A stretch of 64,000 nt of DNA. Source: an uncultured archaeon (GTDB lineage Archaea; Asgardarchaeota; Thorarchaeia; Thorarchaeales; Thorarchaeaceae). Both the position numbers and the translations under genes were made by a program. Of this stretch, positions 47,063 through 56,414 are shown piece by piece. The notes beneath the pieces are model-generated. The model did not search any database. It saw only the letters and a list, made by a program, of their open reading frames with translations, and had not been told where the DNA came from. Every line of letters starts with the position of its first letter. Position 1 is the first letter of the stretch. The stretch lies in NCBI GenBank assembly GCA_964631415.1, contig CAZVZC010000001.1, positions 4,638-68,637 on the forward strand, in the 5' to 3' direction.

Positions 47063-48385
47063 CTACTTGAATCTCAGATGGGCATAAGCAGGGGTTTCAG
47101 TGTCGAAGGCAAAGTGGACCTTCTGGTAGCTCTTTCTGAAGGTTTCAACCTCGGCAGCTATCTTCTTGACATTCTCACCCTTCACAACGACACGGTGCAT
47201 GAATTCTGAAATGGCGTCCATTTCGGGTTCCTTCATGCCTAGCCTAGTCATCTCACTGGTGCCCAGCCGAATCCCACCCGGTTTCTTGTAGTCGCGTCCC
47301 ATCTTCTTGTCCCAAGGCAGGAGGTTGCGATTGATGATTATGTTCGCTTTTTCAAGTTCTTCTTCAACAGTCCGCCCATTCTTCATTGGAGTGTCTGACA
47401 CATCGATGAGTATCGTATGCGACTCTGTGAAGCCCTTGTGGGCTGCCGCGACCTTCCACCCCTTGTCGTAGAGTGCCTGTGCAAGCGCCTTTGCATTCTT
47501 TATGATCTGGTCTGCATACTGTTCTCCGAACTCCATCATCTCGGCTAGTGCAACGGCAAGTCCGGCCACATTATGCAGATGGTGGTTGCTCATCATGGCA
47601 GGGAATGCGGCCTGCTTGATCTTCTCAGCGTATTCGGCCTTTGAGAGGACCAAGCCATGCTGTGGCCCCGGCATTGTCTTGTGGGTTGATGCAGTCACAA
47701 TGTCTGCACCCTCTCTCAGGGGGTCTTGGAACCGCCCTGCTGCGATGAGACCAGAAACATGTGCAGAGTCGTAACCGATGTGCATGCCATACTCATCTGC
47801 AACCTCACGGAACTCTTTCACTGGATGAGGAAACGGGAAGACACTTCCTCCGAAGAGCAGCAACTCCGTGTGCTTTCCCTCGGCTTCTAGGCTTCTGATC
47901 TCCTTGATGCTGGCATCGACGTCTATGTTGAACTCCTTCTCGTCAAAGGCGTAGTTGCGAACCTTGTGTCCTCTTACCGCTCCTGCGGTACCGCCGAGGT
48001 CTCCCCTGGCATGTGAGATATGGCCACCATGCGCAATCGACAGGGCGAACATCCTCGCGCCCGGCTCCATCATTGCAGTGTACATCATCAGGTTGGCGAC
48101 CACCCCCGACACTGGACGCACATCAGCAAACTCGGCTCTAAACAGCTTTTTCGCCAAGTCGATGCAGATCAACTCAACTTGGTCGATGTAGACACATCCA
48201 GCATACACGCGTTCACCCGGCCATCCTTCTGCATAGCGGTCTCTGAAGTCACACACTATTGCTGATCTTACAGCAGGTGAAGACACATTCTCCGATGCGA
48301 TCAGATTGATGGTCTTGGTCATCCAGTTATCGTGTTGCTCTATGAGACTGAACACCTTATCATACAGTTTTTTGTGCTCACTCAA
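47063..48385 (-). CDS. glyA: Serine hydroxymethyltransferase
   Basis: NLIASEN, YAEG, GGHISH, STHKT, GIRLGT; TTG start. Confidence 0.96.
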   Translation of the reverse strand: MSEHKKLYDKVFSLIEQHDNWMTKTINLIASENVSSPAVRSAIVCDFRDRYAEGWPGERVYAGCVYIDQVELICIDLAKKLFRAEFADVRPVSGVVANLMMYTAMMEPGARMFALSIAHGGHISHARGDLGGTAGAVRGHKVRNYAFDEKEFNIDVDASIKEIRSLEAEGKHTELLLFGGSVFPFPHPVKEFREVADEYGMHIGYDSAHVSGLIAAGRFQDPLREGADIVTASTHKTMPGPQHGLVLSKAEYAEKIKQAAFPAMMSNHHLHNVAGLAVALAEMMEFGEQYADQIIKNAKALAQALYDKGWKVAAAHKGFTESHTILIDVSDTPMKNGRTVEEELEKANIIINRNLLPWDKKMGRDYKKPGGIRLGTSEMTRLGMKEPEMDAISEFMHRVVVKGENVKKIAAEVETFRKSYQKVHFAFDTETPAYAHLRFK

Positions 48386-48516
48386 TTCCTGCACTTCCAG
48401 TCTGGAGTGGTGGTCCTGAAGTCGGAGAGCCACTCTTCGTTATATGACTTGCGTCAACACAGATTGGCATAGTACCGCAATCTCTATAAACTGAAACTAG
48501 GCTCCGGGCGTTTTGT

Positions 48517-48657
48517 GGGCCAGTGGCTAAGCCAGGTATAGCGACAGGCTCTTACGTTTCTCAGCGACGCCGCTGGGAGATGGAGATACCTGTTGGTCGG
48601 GGGTTCGAAAACCCCCCATATTCCATGGGGCGATCGACTGTCCCCCCTGGCCCGCCA
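48517..48657 (+). tRNA. tRNA-Lys(CTT) with two introns (37/38: 48555-48587; T-loop 59/60: 48610-48640), CCA encoded
   Basis: Acceptor GGGCCAG/CTGGCCC-G-CCA; anticodon stem ACAGG/CCTGT; T-stem GGGGG/CCCCC; strict BHB at intron 1; second intron could be shifted 1 nt (58/59). Confidence 0.9.
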
Positions 48658-48681
48658 TCTACTTCTCACCTAAGTTGGGAG

Positions 48682-49908
48682 TCAGTTTCGGTCAGAGGAT
48701 GAAACCACGGCCCGCAGATCTTGATACAGCCGAAGCAGTGACCTTGAGTGTTCTTGTAGGTCAAAGCGCTTCTCGACAGTCTTGCGAGCGTTTTTTCCTA
48801 GCCTCACCTGCAGTGCGGTGTCTGACATAATCTGACGGACCGCCTTCGCGAGTTCATCGACATCTCCAGGCGATACAGTGAAACCGTCATAGCCATCGGT
48901 GACTATCTCGCTGGGGCCCTGAACGTTCGAGGTGATGACGGGGATTCCACAGGCCATTGCTTCAATCACAGAAAGCCCGAATGGCTCCTCTCTGGATGGA
49001 TAGAGGAAGATTCGGATGCTGTTCATAAGACTCGGAATCTTGTCGATTGGTACAACACCCAAGTAGTCTACTTGCTCCATCACGTTCATTCTCTCGAACT
49101 CATCAAAGACCTTCCTACGAGATGAGCCATCGCCAGTAATCACAAGACGAATCCCCGGGAAGTGGGGCTTCAGAGCTGACAGCATCTCGGGAAAGAGGTC
49201 CACTGCCTTCATTCGTTCCAGTCTGCCAAAGAACCCTAGGTCCCACTTTCTCCTGAGCCCTGTCTGTGGCTGGAATGCGGAGAGATCCACTCCGAGGTAG
49301 AGCACATCTACTCTCATCCTCAGGCGTTTCGGGAGATGAGCTTGTAGTGCAACCCCCACAGCTCTGCTCACTGCAATGATTCTGTCAAATGGGCACGATT
49401 CTACGAGCTGCCTGTAGTCGGTGGTCGCCTCTCCGTTGGGAAGGATTAGAGCCTTTGGGAGACCGTGGATGGTCGCAAGGACTGGCACATTGATAAGTCC
49501 GTTCTTACGCAGCCTCTCAATCACCCTATTGAAGACCACGTACGTGCTGTGTGCGTGGATTATATCAGGGGAAACATTATGGACTAGGTTGCCGAGCTGA
49601 CCCGCGAGTATCTCAACGTCAGCGGCAACATCATCCTGCCTGAACATGCGTACAGCTGCTGCCACCCGCTCTTCTTCGAGTAGCGAGAGAAAGCCCCACT
49701 TCCGAGCTTCCAAGAGATTCCCTGGAAGGTGGAAGAGCGTGTAGGACGGCCGCTTCACCGACTCCGGGGAGTCCATACTTGGTGATTGAGTCACAACGAA
49801 CGACTCGTGCTCCTCCGATGCAAGCGCTCTTGAGAGATAGTGCAGGTAGGACTCGTAGCCTCCAACGCCCGAAGGGTTGAGGCTGTCACAGACGTGGAGG
49901 ATCCTCAT
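48682..49908 (-). CDS. Glycosyltransferase family 4
   Basis: MRILHV...GGYE, DIIHAH, GRL..MK, EPFGLSVIEAMACG. Confidence 0.92.
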   Translation of the reverse strand: MRILHVCDSLNPSGVGGYESYLHYLSRALASEEHESFVVTQSPSMDSPESVKRPSYTLFHLPGNLLEARKWGFLSLLEEERVAAAVRMFRQDDVAADVEILAGQLGNLVHNVSPDIIHAHSTYVVFNRVIERLRKNGLINVPVLATIHGLPKALILPNGEATTDYRQLVESCPFDRIIAVSRAVGVALQAHLPKRLRMRVDVLYLGVDLSAFQPQTGLRRKWDLGFFGRLERMKAVDLFPEMLSALKPHFPGIRLVITGDGSSRRKVFDEFERMNVMEQVDYLGVVPIDKIPSLMNSIRIFLYPSREEPFGLSVIEAMACGIPVITSNVQGPSEIVTDGYDGFTVSPGDVDELAKAVRQIMSDTALQVRLGKNARKTVEKRFDLQEHSRSLLRLYQDLRAVVSSSDRN

Positions 49909-49995
49909 CTGGCAGGCTCCTTTGGTTCGATTTCCAGACATCAGCTTAATCTGTCTAGCTCTCAGCATGTTTGAATCACCAAGAGGGCGCATGGC

Positions 49996-51078
49996 TTGAC
50001 ACCAAGTGCTCATATCGGTCTACCCAAGTATGTCAGGGACCGCGACATAGTCCATGACAGGGATGGACGTGTCTTTGTTGCTCTCGGCCATATTCAACCA
50101 AGTGACCGCATACTATCCTATCTCAAATACATCCCAGACCCGGGGGGCGAATGGCGCAGCGGCAACAACAGGTACCGACGTGTGTTCTGGGGTGGGGTAG
50201 ACTCCGTCACGAAGGGCATGGCTATGGTGCCCCCTGACTATGTAGTGGATGATGCTCACTTTGGTACCAGCCTATTGGAGCCGCCGAGAGATATCATCTC
50301 CAAGTACTTCAGCCCCGAGCTGCGACTAGGTGAAATCCTTCGCGAAGGCCCAAGTGATGAACTCGAGTCAGCTGCCAAGCATCTGGCTGAGGTGCTTCAT
50401 GATGCGCTTGGTATCCCTCTGGAACGCATTGGAGTCACAGGGAGCATTTGTTGGAAGGCACATGATCCAGCACATTCAGACATCAACATGAACATCTATG
50501 GTTTTGGAGAGGCGTGGCGTCTTCAATACGGTTACGAAGAACTCATAGAGCAGAACAGACATGTGACTCTGAGAAGCTACTCGGACTGGGGCTCTACTCT
50601 CTCCCGAATGACGGAGCGCTTTCCTCAGATGCCAGCTGGTGTAGTCGAGAATTTGTTCCTTCGACGTAGTGAACTGTGCATCGACGGTAGGTGCATTGGG
50701 GTCATGCCTGTGCTCTTGTCGAGCGAGGTGCCGATACGACATGGTAGCGAACACTACGTTTCAATGACTGATGACCCCGTGAGTATCACAATGGACATCA
50801 GTGATGTGAGATACGGTATCTTCATGCCTGCAGTGTACGAGGGCATATCGGAGCCGGTAGACGCAATACGTGGTGCCCGGGTCAGTCGCATAATGGTCTA
50901 CGATGGTGTGTTCAGAGGACTACTGCGTACTGGTGACCGTGTCGAAATGGTGGGAACTCTTCAGAGGGTCAGATCTGGCTCAGAAGCAGATGACGGGAAT
51001 GAGTTCTATCAGATTATGGTGGGTACGAAGAATGGTTACGGACGGGAGTTCATTCGTGTGATGAAGGCCAGCGTCTAG
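49996..51078 (+). CDS. Predicted nucleotidyltransferase (COG1665-like)
   Basis: RDRD...YLKY N-terminal domain; IGVTGS...SDIN Pol-beta-like motif; C-terminal OB-like domain. Confidence 0.72.
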   Translation: MTPSAHIGLPKYVRDRDIVHDRDGRVFVALGHIQPSDRILSYLKYIPDPGGEWRSGNNRYRRVFWGGVDSVTKGMAMVPPDYVVDDAHFGTSLLEPPRDIISKYFSPELRLGEILREGPSDELESAAKHLAEVLHDALGIPLERIGVTGSICWKAHDPAHSDINMNIYGFGEAWRLQYGYEELIEQNRHVTLRSYSDWGSTLSRMTERFPQMPAGVVENLFLRRSELCIDGRCIGVMPVLLSSEVPIRHGSEHYVSMTDDPVSITMDISDVRYGIFMPAVYEGISEPVDAIRGARVSRIMVYDGVFRGLLRTGDRVEMVGTLQRVRSGSEADDGNEFYQIMVGTKNGYGREFIRVMKASV

Positions 51079-51146
51079 TGCTTGCATGAATCGGACAATA
51101 CAGGTTCATCGGAAGTGTCTTAGGCACTGAATCGTAGCGCCAGTCG

Positions 51147-52208
51147 ATGTACTCTCCCAGACCCTTTCTCAGAATACCTGCAGGTGAAGGAAACTGGGTA
51201 AAGAAAGCTCTCTTGGCTGCGAATCTGCTTGACAAGGCATTCAGGATTGAATCTAGAGATGGTGTGCTGTTCATTCCTCTGAAGCATGAGATAGAACATG
51301 AGAAGATTCGAGAGATCATTGGAGCTGTAGCCTTCGAAACCGGTTTGAAGCGCTTCAATCCACTCTCCAAGCCCCCAAGAACACTCAGAGATGCATTAGC
51401 TGGCAGGATGAGCGCCGAGCATATGGAGTTGCTCCCCAGAGCGTATGATATGGTTGGTGACATCGCGGTGCTCGAACTGCCAGACGAGATAGCATCGCAT
51501 GGAAAACAGATTGGCGAGGCCTTCTTGGCAGTCCACAACAGTTTCTCGACGGTCCTAGCTAAGAGAGGTGCCGTGTCAGGTATCTCCAGAACACGACAGT
51601 ACGAGTTCCTTGCAGGCCAAGACAAGACAAAGACTGTTCACATAGAATACGGTTGCAGGATAGTCGTGGACTTGGCAAAGGCCTACTTCAGCCCCAGATT
51701 GCTTGAAGAGCACAGCAGGATTGCCAAGAAGGTGAAGGATGGCGAACTCATCATAGACATGTTCACCGGCGTCGGTTGCTTCCCTCTTCATATCACAAAA
51801 GCACACAATTCGCGCGTGGTGGCTATAGACATCAATCCAGGCGCAATCCGCTTGCTGGAAGAAAGCATGGGCATGAACCGGCTCAGAGGTGAGATAGTCC
51901 CGGTAGTGGCGGACTCAGGAGTCTATGTCCGGACCAACTTCTTCAGGAATGCCGATCGCATCATAATGAATCATCCCTCAGGGGCTCTGGAATTTGTTCC
52001 AGAGGCTTGTCATGCCATCAAAGACAATGGGACAATTCACTACCACACGTTTACAGGAGCAGACAATCCAGACGAAGAGATGATTGAGAAGGTCACCCAA
52101 CTGATTAAGAACAGCGGCCGGGATCTTGTTGAGATAACAGAACTGAAGCGTGTCCGCGAAAGTGCTCCTTATGAATATCAGATGGTTGCAGACTTGATCA
52201 TCCGCTGA
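51147..52208 (+). CDS. trm5: tRNA G37 methyltransferase, Trm5 family
   Basis: YDMVGDI, VLAK, HIEYGC, YFSPRL, DMFTGVG, DINP, IMNHP. Confidence 0.88.
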   Translation: MYSPRPFLRIPAGEGNWVKKALLAANLLDKAFRIESRDGVLFIPLKHEIEHEKIREIIGAVAFETGLKRFNPLSKPPRTLRDALAGRMSAEHMELLPRAYDMVGDIAVLELPDEIASHGKQIGEAFLAVHNSFSTVLAKRGAVSGISRTRQYEFLAGQDKTKTVHIEYGCRIVVDLAKAYFSPRLLEEHSRIAKKVKDGELIIDMFTGVGCFPLHITKAHNSRVVAIDINPGAIRLLEESMGMNRLRGEIVPVVADSGVYVRTNFFRNADRIIMNHPSGALEFVPEACHAIKDNGTIHYHTFTGADNPDEEMIEKVTQLIKNSGRDLVEITELKRVRESAPYEYQMVADLIIR

Positions 52209-52623
52209 TGTAGATGAGTTCACAATCTAGTACAGCATCAGGCTGCTTGAGCCTATCTACAAAACCACGGTCCAAGCCCGATGCCGCCTTGTTTGCTTGT
52301 ATGAGCACAGTTCGTCCGCACTCAAATGAACCGGTCCGTGCCACCATGCTTGTGGTATCAGTATACGTGAGACCTATACTGCCTCGGCCCACCACTTCCT
52401 CGGCCATGTCGTCTACCGCCATTCTGAGGACTATCTTGGTGTTCCTGTTTCTGGCCATGGCCTTTATCTCGTCATCCAAGTTTCGCAGAGTCTGGTTGGC
52501 GCACACGCCAACAATGCAGGTGCCACGCCTTGTGACATTCCTCTCTGTTGTTATCTCAAGCGTGGTATCATGTCTGCCCACTATCTCGCTGTGGCCTGCT
52601 GCCCGAAACCGGACGCTACGCAT
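52198..52623 (-). CDS. DUF371 protein
   Basis: GH....HDTTLEIT, RGTCIVGV, SMVAR, ANKAA. Confidence 0.87.
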   Translation of the reverse strand: MRSVRFRAAGHSEIVGRHDTTLEITTERNVTRRGTCIVGVCANQTLRNLDDEIKAMARNRNTKIVLRMAVDDMAEEVVGRGSIGLTYTDTTSMVARTGSFECGRTVLIQANKAASGLDRGFVDRLKQPDAVLDCELIYISG

Positions 52624-52682
52624 GTCCTACTGAGTGCTCTCAAGGCTTTTATCATTGCACGTATCTCCGCTTTACGATTGGT

Positions 52683-53360
52683 ATGCCTGAGAGCCGCTTG
52701 GAAACTGAAAAGGAGGGACTGGTTCAGCGGTTGAAGGCCAGCGGTTATCTCGCAAGCGAACAAGTGGAACGAGCATTCAGAAGAGTACCACGCGAAGAGT
52801 TCGTATTGCCTGAGCTTCGGAGCGAGGCATATCGCGACACGCCCCTCCCGATATGTTGTGGACAGACGATATCTGCGCCCCATATGTGTGTAATCATGTG
52901 TGAGGTGCTGGAGCTCAGGGAAGGGCTCAAGGTGTTGGAGGTGGGTGCAGGATCTGGATATCACGCTGCACTCTGTGCTGAGATGATTGCACCTGCGAAC
53001 GCGCAAAAGCTTGGCCATGTATATACAATCGAGATCATGGATGGGCTCATCGACTTCGCACGAAGGAATCTCGAGCGGACCGCTTATGGCAGTAGGGTGA
53101 CGTTGATTCATGGTGACGGCGGCAAAGGTCTTCCCCAGTACGCGCCTTTCGACAGAGTAATTGTCACAGCGGCTGCTCCATCTGTGCCTCCACCCCTAGT
53201 CGACCAGCTTGTTCCTGGAGGCACAATGCTGATACCAGTAGGTGGGCGTGGTTTCTTCCAAGAACTGCTGGTCCTGAGAAAGGACTCAAAAGGCAGAATC
53301 AGCACAAAGAACTGGGGTGGTGTCGCATTTGTGCCTCTCACAGGTGAGTATGGACACTGA
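52683..53360 (+). CDS. pcm: Protein-L-isoaspartate O-methyltransferase
   Basis: VPREEF, GQTISAPHM, LEVGAGSGY, APFDRV, FVPL. Confidence 0.94.
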   Translation: MPESRLETEKEGLVQRLKASGYLASEQVERAFRRVPREEFVLPELRSEAYRDTPLPICCGQTISAPHMCVIMCEVLELREGLKVLEVGAGSGYHAALCAEMIAPANAQKLGHVYTIEIMDGLIDFARRNLERTAYGSRVTLIHGDGGKGLPQYAPFDRVIVTAAAPSVPPPLVDQLVPGGTMLIPVGGRGFFQELLVLRKDSKGRISTKNWGGVAFVPLTGEYGH

Positions 53361-53362
53361 GC

Positions 53363-54046
53363 TCACATAACAAGGTGAAGTGGCACCACCCTGAGGGTTA
53401 GGGCTTCATCGACCCCTAGACCAAGCTTCTTCCTCAGGTTCACAGGCGCAATCACCTCGAGAATGTCCTGACTGTGATGTGTTCTCTGAGCAATGACGAC
53501 TGCGCCCTCAATCTTGTCGTTGACTCTCACTCTGTAGCAAATCACGTCACCGAATGTTCTTCCTTCCCTTGTGAAGCCAGTGACAACCAGTGGTGGGGTA
53601 TGTTTCATCCTGCTGACTGCTCTCTGCGACTCCTCGTCAGCGACTTTCACATTCAGAGTACCAGAGAAAGGAGTGAAACCAAGTGCGTTCTTGAATCGCG
53701 AGGAGTAGGCGTCCACATAGTATGCTCCTTCACCAAGACCGTCCACAATACGGCCGCGAATCAGAATCTCGTTTCCAGCCGGCGCCAAGGCGGTTTCTAG
53801 GCCACCGAGAACCTGCACCAACTCGTTGTGGCCCATCTCCGTAAGTTCGACCCCCATACCATTGGCCGTGTGTGTGCGGCTTATGTATCCATTTTCAACA
53901 CAATAAGTCATGCGACGTGATGCGGTCTGCTGGCTCACTCCCATGAGATTGCCGAGTTGACGAGTGGTCAAGGTCACCCGTCCATGTACTGCTCCCAGTT
54001 GGGCCAATGAGTAGAGGGTGAACCACGTTTCGGGTTCAATCAACAC
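53363..54046 (-). CDS. ribK: CTP-dependent riboflavin kinase with N-terminal wHTH (RbkR-like)
   Basis: HTH SQQTASR; GLGEGAYY, GTLN, RTHH, EVIAP..LR. Confidence 0.9.
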   Translation of the reverse strand: MLIEPETWFTLYSLAQLGAVHGRVTLTTRQLGNLMGVSQQTASRRMTYCVENGYISRTHTANGMGVELTEMGHNELVQVLGGLETALAPAGNEILIRGRIVDGLGEGAYYVDAYSSRFKNALGFTPFSGTLNVKVADEESQRAVSRMKHTPPLVVTGFTREGRTFGDVICYRVRVNDKIEGAVVIAQRTHHSQDILEVIAPVNLRKKLGLGVDEALTLRVVPLHLVM

Positions 54047-54708
54047 GCGCCGCCTCCATGAAGTGTTTCCGCCATCGACTTCGCGATGCTATGAGCTCTG
54101 CGGAGTGGCTCGGGGAAGCCATGAACGGAAGTCGCCCTGACGACCTCAAGGGCGGTTTCAAGACTGATTCTATGTCCAACTGACACGTAGACCGGCCTTT
54201 TCCTATCATTGAGCCACAGTGCCGAGCCGACGGCCTGCCCGGCGTCCACGATTCCAGCTGTGTCACCAGAACGAGTCTGAATCTTCCCCTGTAGAAGAGT
54301 CTTAGTAATGCCAATGGTCTGCTTATCCATTGTAACTCCCAAGTATGAGGCGAGACCAAGTCTGCGGGGATGAAGAACGCCGTTGCCATTGATCAAGATG
54401 GGCCCAGTTGGCTCCAATTCACCGAGAATCGCAGCAACTACTGGGCCCTCACGCAACTGAAAGAATCCCGGCAGGTAGGGTGTCCTACACTCACATGTTC
54501 TCTTCCTAATCTGCACCACAATCTGACTGTGGAGGTCCATCACTACAGCACAGCCCAATGCATCAGTATCTGTGTAAGCAACGTCTATGCCAGTGACAAG
54601 TAGGCCATCGAACGGTGGCTCGTCGCGGACGATGACTCTATTCGCGAGTTCCATCTGCTGAGTTTCAGCCTGTGCTACTGCCTGAATGAGCTCAGCATTT
54701 GCGGTCAT
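54040..54708 (-). CDS. nfi: Endonuclease V homolog with D->N in the catalytic DGxG motif
   Basis: GIDVAY, PYLPG, RE, INGNGVLHPRRLGLAS, PVYVSVGH, PEPLRRAH. Confidence 0.9.
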   Translation of the reverse strand: MTANAELIQAVAQAETQQMELANRVIVRDEPPFDGLLVTGIDVAYTDTDALGCAVVMDLHSQIVVQIRKRTCECRTPYLPGFFQLREGPVVAAILGELEPTGPILINGNGVLHPRRLGLASYLGVTMDKQTIGITKTLLQGKIQTRSGDTAGIVDAGQAVGSALWLNDRKRPVYVSVGHRISLETALEVVRATSVHGFPEPLRRAHSIAKSMAETLHGGGAC

Positions 54709-55348
54709 CTCTGGTGCGCTCCTCGAAGCCCCTGAGCTCTCCTATGAGCTTGGACTGCTGTACCCCTGCGGTGAGGTCTCCGCGGGTCCGCTCCACGAGC
54801 GACCTAGCGACATCACACTTCCTGCGAAGGTCCGGGACCAAGGCATTTGGGAAATCGAATGATAATAGTCCATCCAGTGTTTCTTCCATGAGTCCCAAGA
54901 GTTGCTCAGCCCGCTCGACATCGTCTGCACGTAGAGAGTCGAGTACTGCTCTTCTGAGTTCTCCAACCGCATCTGCGAGGCCTGTAAGGAACGGCCTAGA
55001 AGGTATGCCATGCTGCTGAGGTGGAGTAAACGTGCCTTCACTAAGCAGAGAAACCACATTGGCCGCCTCAGCTATCTCTTGGTACGCGTTATCCAACAGC
55101 CTGGAGGAAAGCATGAACTCGCTCTGTGAAATCTCTCGGCTCGCCTCGGTCAGGATGTCTTGGGCTTCGTAGATCAGTCCAGACGCATCAGCATACTCTC
55201 TCCTGTGTGCACACTTCACTGACTCTGCACATTTTCTTACAGCCTCTCTTGCCAGAGGTAGGACTTTCTCACGAATGCTGTCGTCGTTCTCAATCTCCGT
55301 TTTGAGGGGCTCTAGGATTCTTTCAAGCTCCACATAGTCCACCTTCAT
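54692..55348 (-). CDS. Translin/Trax (C3PO)-family ribonuclease
   Basis: RE....R, YQEIAEA, GLADAVGELRR, LRRKCD. Confidence 0.88.
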   Translation of the reverse strand: MKVDYVELERILEPLKTEIENDDSIREKVLPLAREAVRKCAESVKCAHRREYADASGLIYEAQDILTEASREISQSEFMLSSRLLDNAYQEIAEAANVVSLLSEGTFTPPQQHGIPSRPFLTGLADAVGELRRAVLDSLRADDVERAEQLLGLMEETLDGLLSFDFPNALVPDLRRKCDVARSLVERTRGDLTAGVQQSKLIGELRGFEERTRDDRKC

Positions 55349-56316
55349 AGTGTCTGTATACTCTCTGGGTGCCGCTCTCGAGATAGAAGCACAACACGGC
55401 TTTCAACTTGTTCATCAAGAGGGGTATATCCAGTGATTGCCGATATCCTCTCTGCAAATGCACGTATGTCCCGGTGAGAGGGAACATTCTGGAGGCCCAG
55501 TCTTCCTCTTGACGAGCCCAAGGGCATATACCCCTTCACCTCCACGAAGTCTGGTTCTCCCTTCAGAATCATGTTGCCATAGGCCCTTGCATTATGCATG
55601 TTGCGGCCTGAAACCATTGTGAGCCTATTGACGCACCTGCAGTTGAGTGACCTGAGCAATTCCTGCGTTTCGTTAATCAGCTCCCATGAGTGGAGATATG
55701 CTGGTCGGCATAGAAGCCTGTAAGTCTGTTCATCGGGTGCGGCAAGCGTGACATACAACTGAGTTGGGAGTGAGATCTCTCTTAGGACTTCGGGACGCGT
55801 GCCATTAGTGACAAGGAATGATGTCATCTTTCGATGACGGATCTCATCAATCAATGGCCCAATCATAGGATACAGGGTAGGTTCTCCGGACAGTGAAATA
55901 GCCACATGTTTCGGGTCGCGTGCCTCCCGATACTTCTCCTCCGGAACCCTCGCTCCCGCTTCTGGATTGTAGCCTCCTAGTGCCCGCTGATTTGCCATCA
56001 ATGCGGCGTCCAAGAGATCTCGTGGAGGTAGTACATCTTCTTCCGACACGTCTGTCTGATTCCAGTCGATGCTGATGTCAGATGGCGTCACGCGCCAACA
56101 GAATCCACATTGCTGAGTACACTTGTCCACCAGTGGAGTCATCTGGATGCATCTATGTGACTCAATCCCATAGAATCGCTGCTTGTAGCAGACATCACCA
56201 AAAAGGAGGCTCTTTCTCTGCCATTGACAGGCCTTGAATGCTCCTCTCTCCCCAAGAATGTCATACCCCTGATGCTCAAGCTTCTCCCTGAGCTGGGTCG
56301 GCATCTCTGCGTTCAA
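55345..56316 (-). CDS. taw1: 4-demethylwyosine synthase (radical SAM)
   Basis: CYKQRFYGIESHRC, CTQQCGFCWR, ISLSGEPT, EVKGY; exact start uncertain (56367, 56316 or 56304). Confidence 0.93.
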   Translation of the reverse strand: MNAEMPTQLREKLEHQGYDILGERGAFKACQWQRKSLLFGDVCYKQRFYGIESHRCIQMTPLVDKCTQQCGFCWRVTPSDISIDWNQTDVSEEDVLPPRDLLDAALMANQRALGGYNPEAGARVPEEKYREARDPKHVAISLSGEPTLYPMIGPLIDEIRHRKMTSFLVTNGTRPEVLREISLPTQLYVTLAAPDEQTYRLLCRPAYLHSWELINETQELLRSLNCRCVNRLTMVSGRNMHNARAYGNMILKGEPDFVEVKGYMPLGSSRGRLGLQNVPSHRDIRAFAERISAITGYTPLDEQVESRVVLLSRERHPESIQTL

Positions 56317-56414
56317 GTTCGGCTCTCTTGGCTTGAGAGAGGACGACGTCTTATGAGCGTTTGGCAATAGTCACCGACGAACAAGTCTGTGTTAAGACAC
56401 AAGCCAAGTCGCAC

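Noticed and set aside
48484-48669. 61-aa minus-strand ORF
   Set aside because: Antisense to tRNA-Lys
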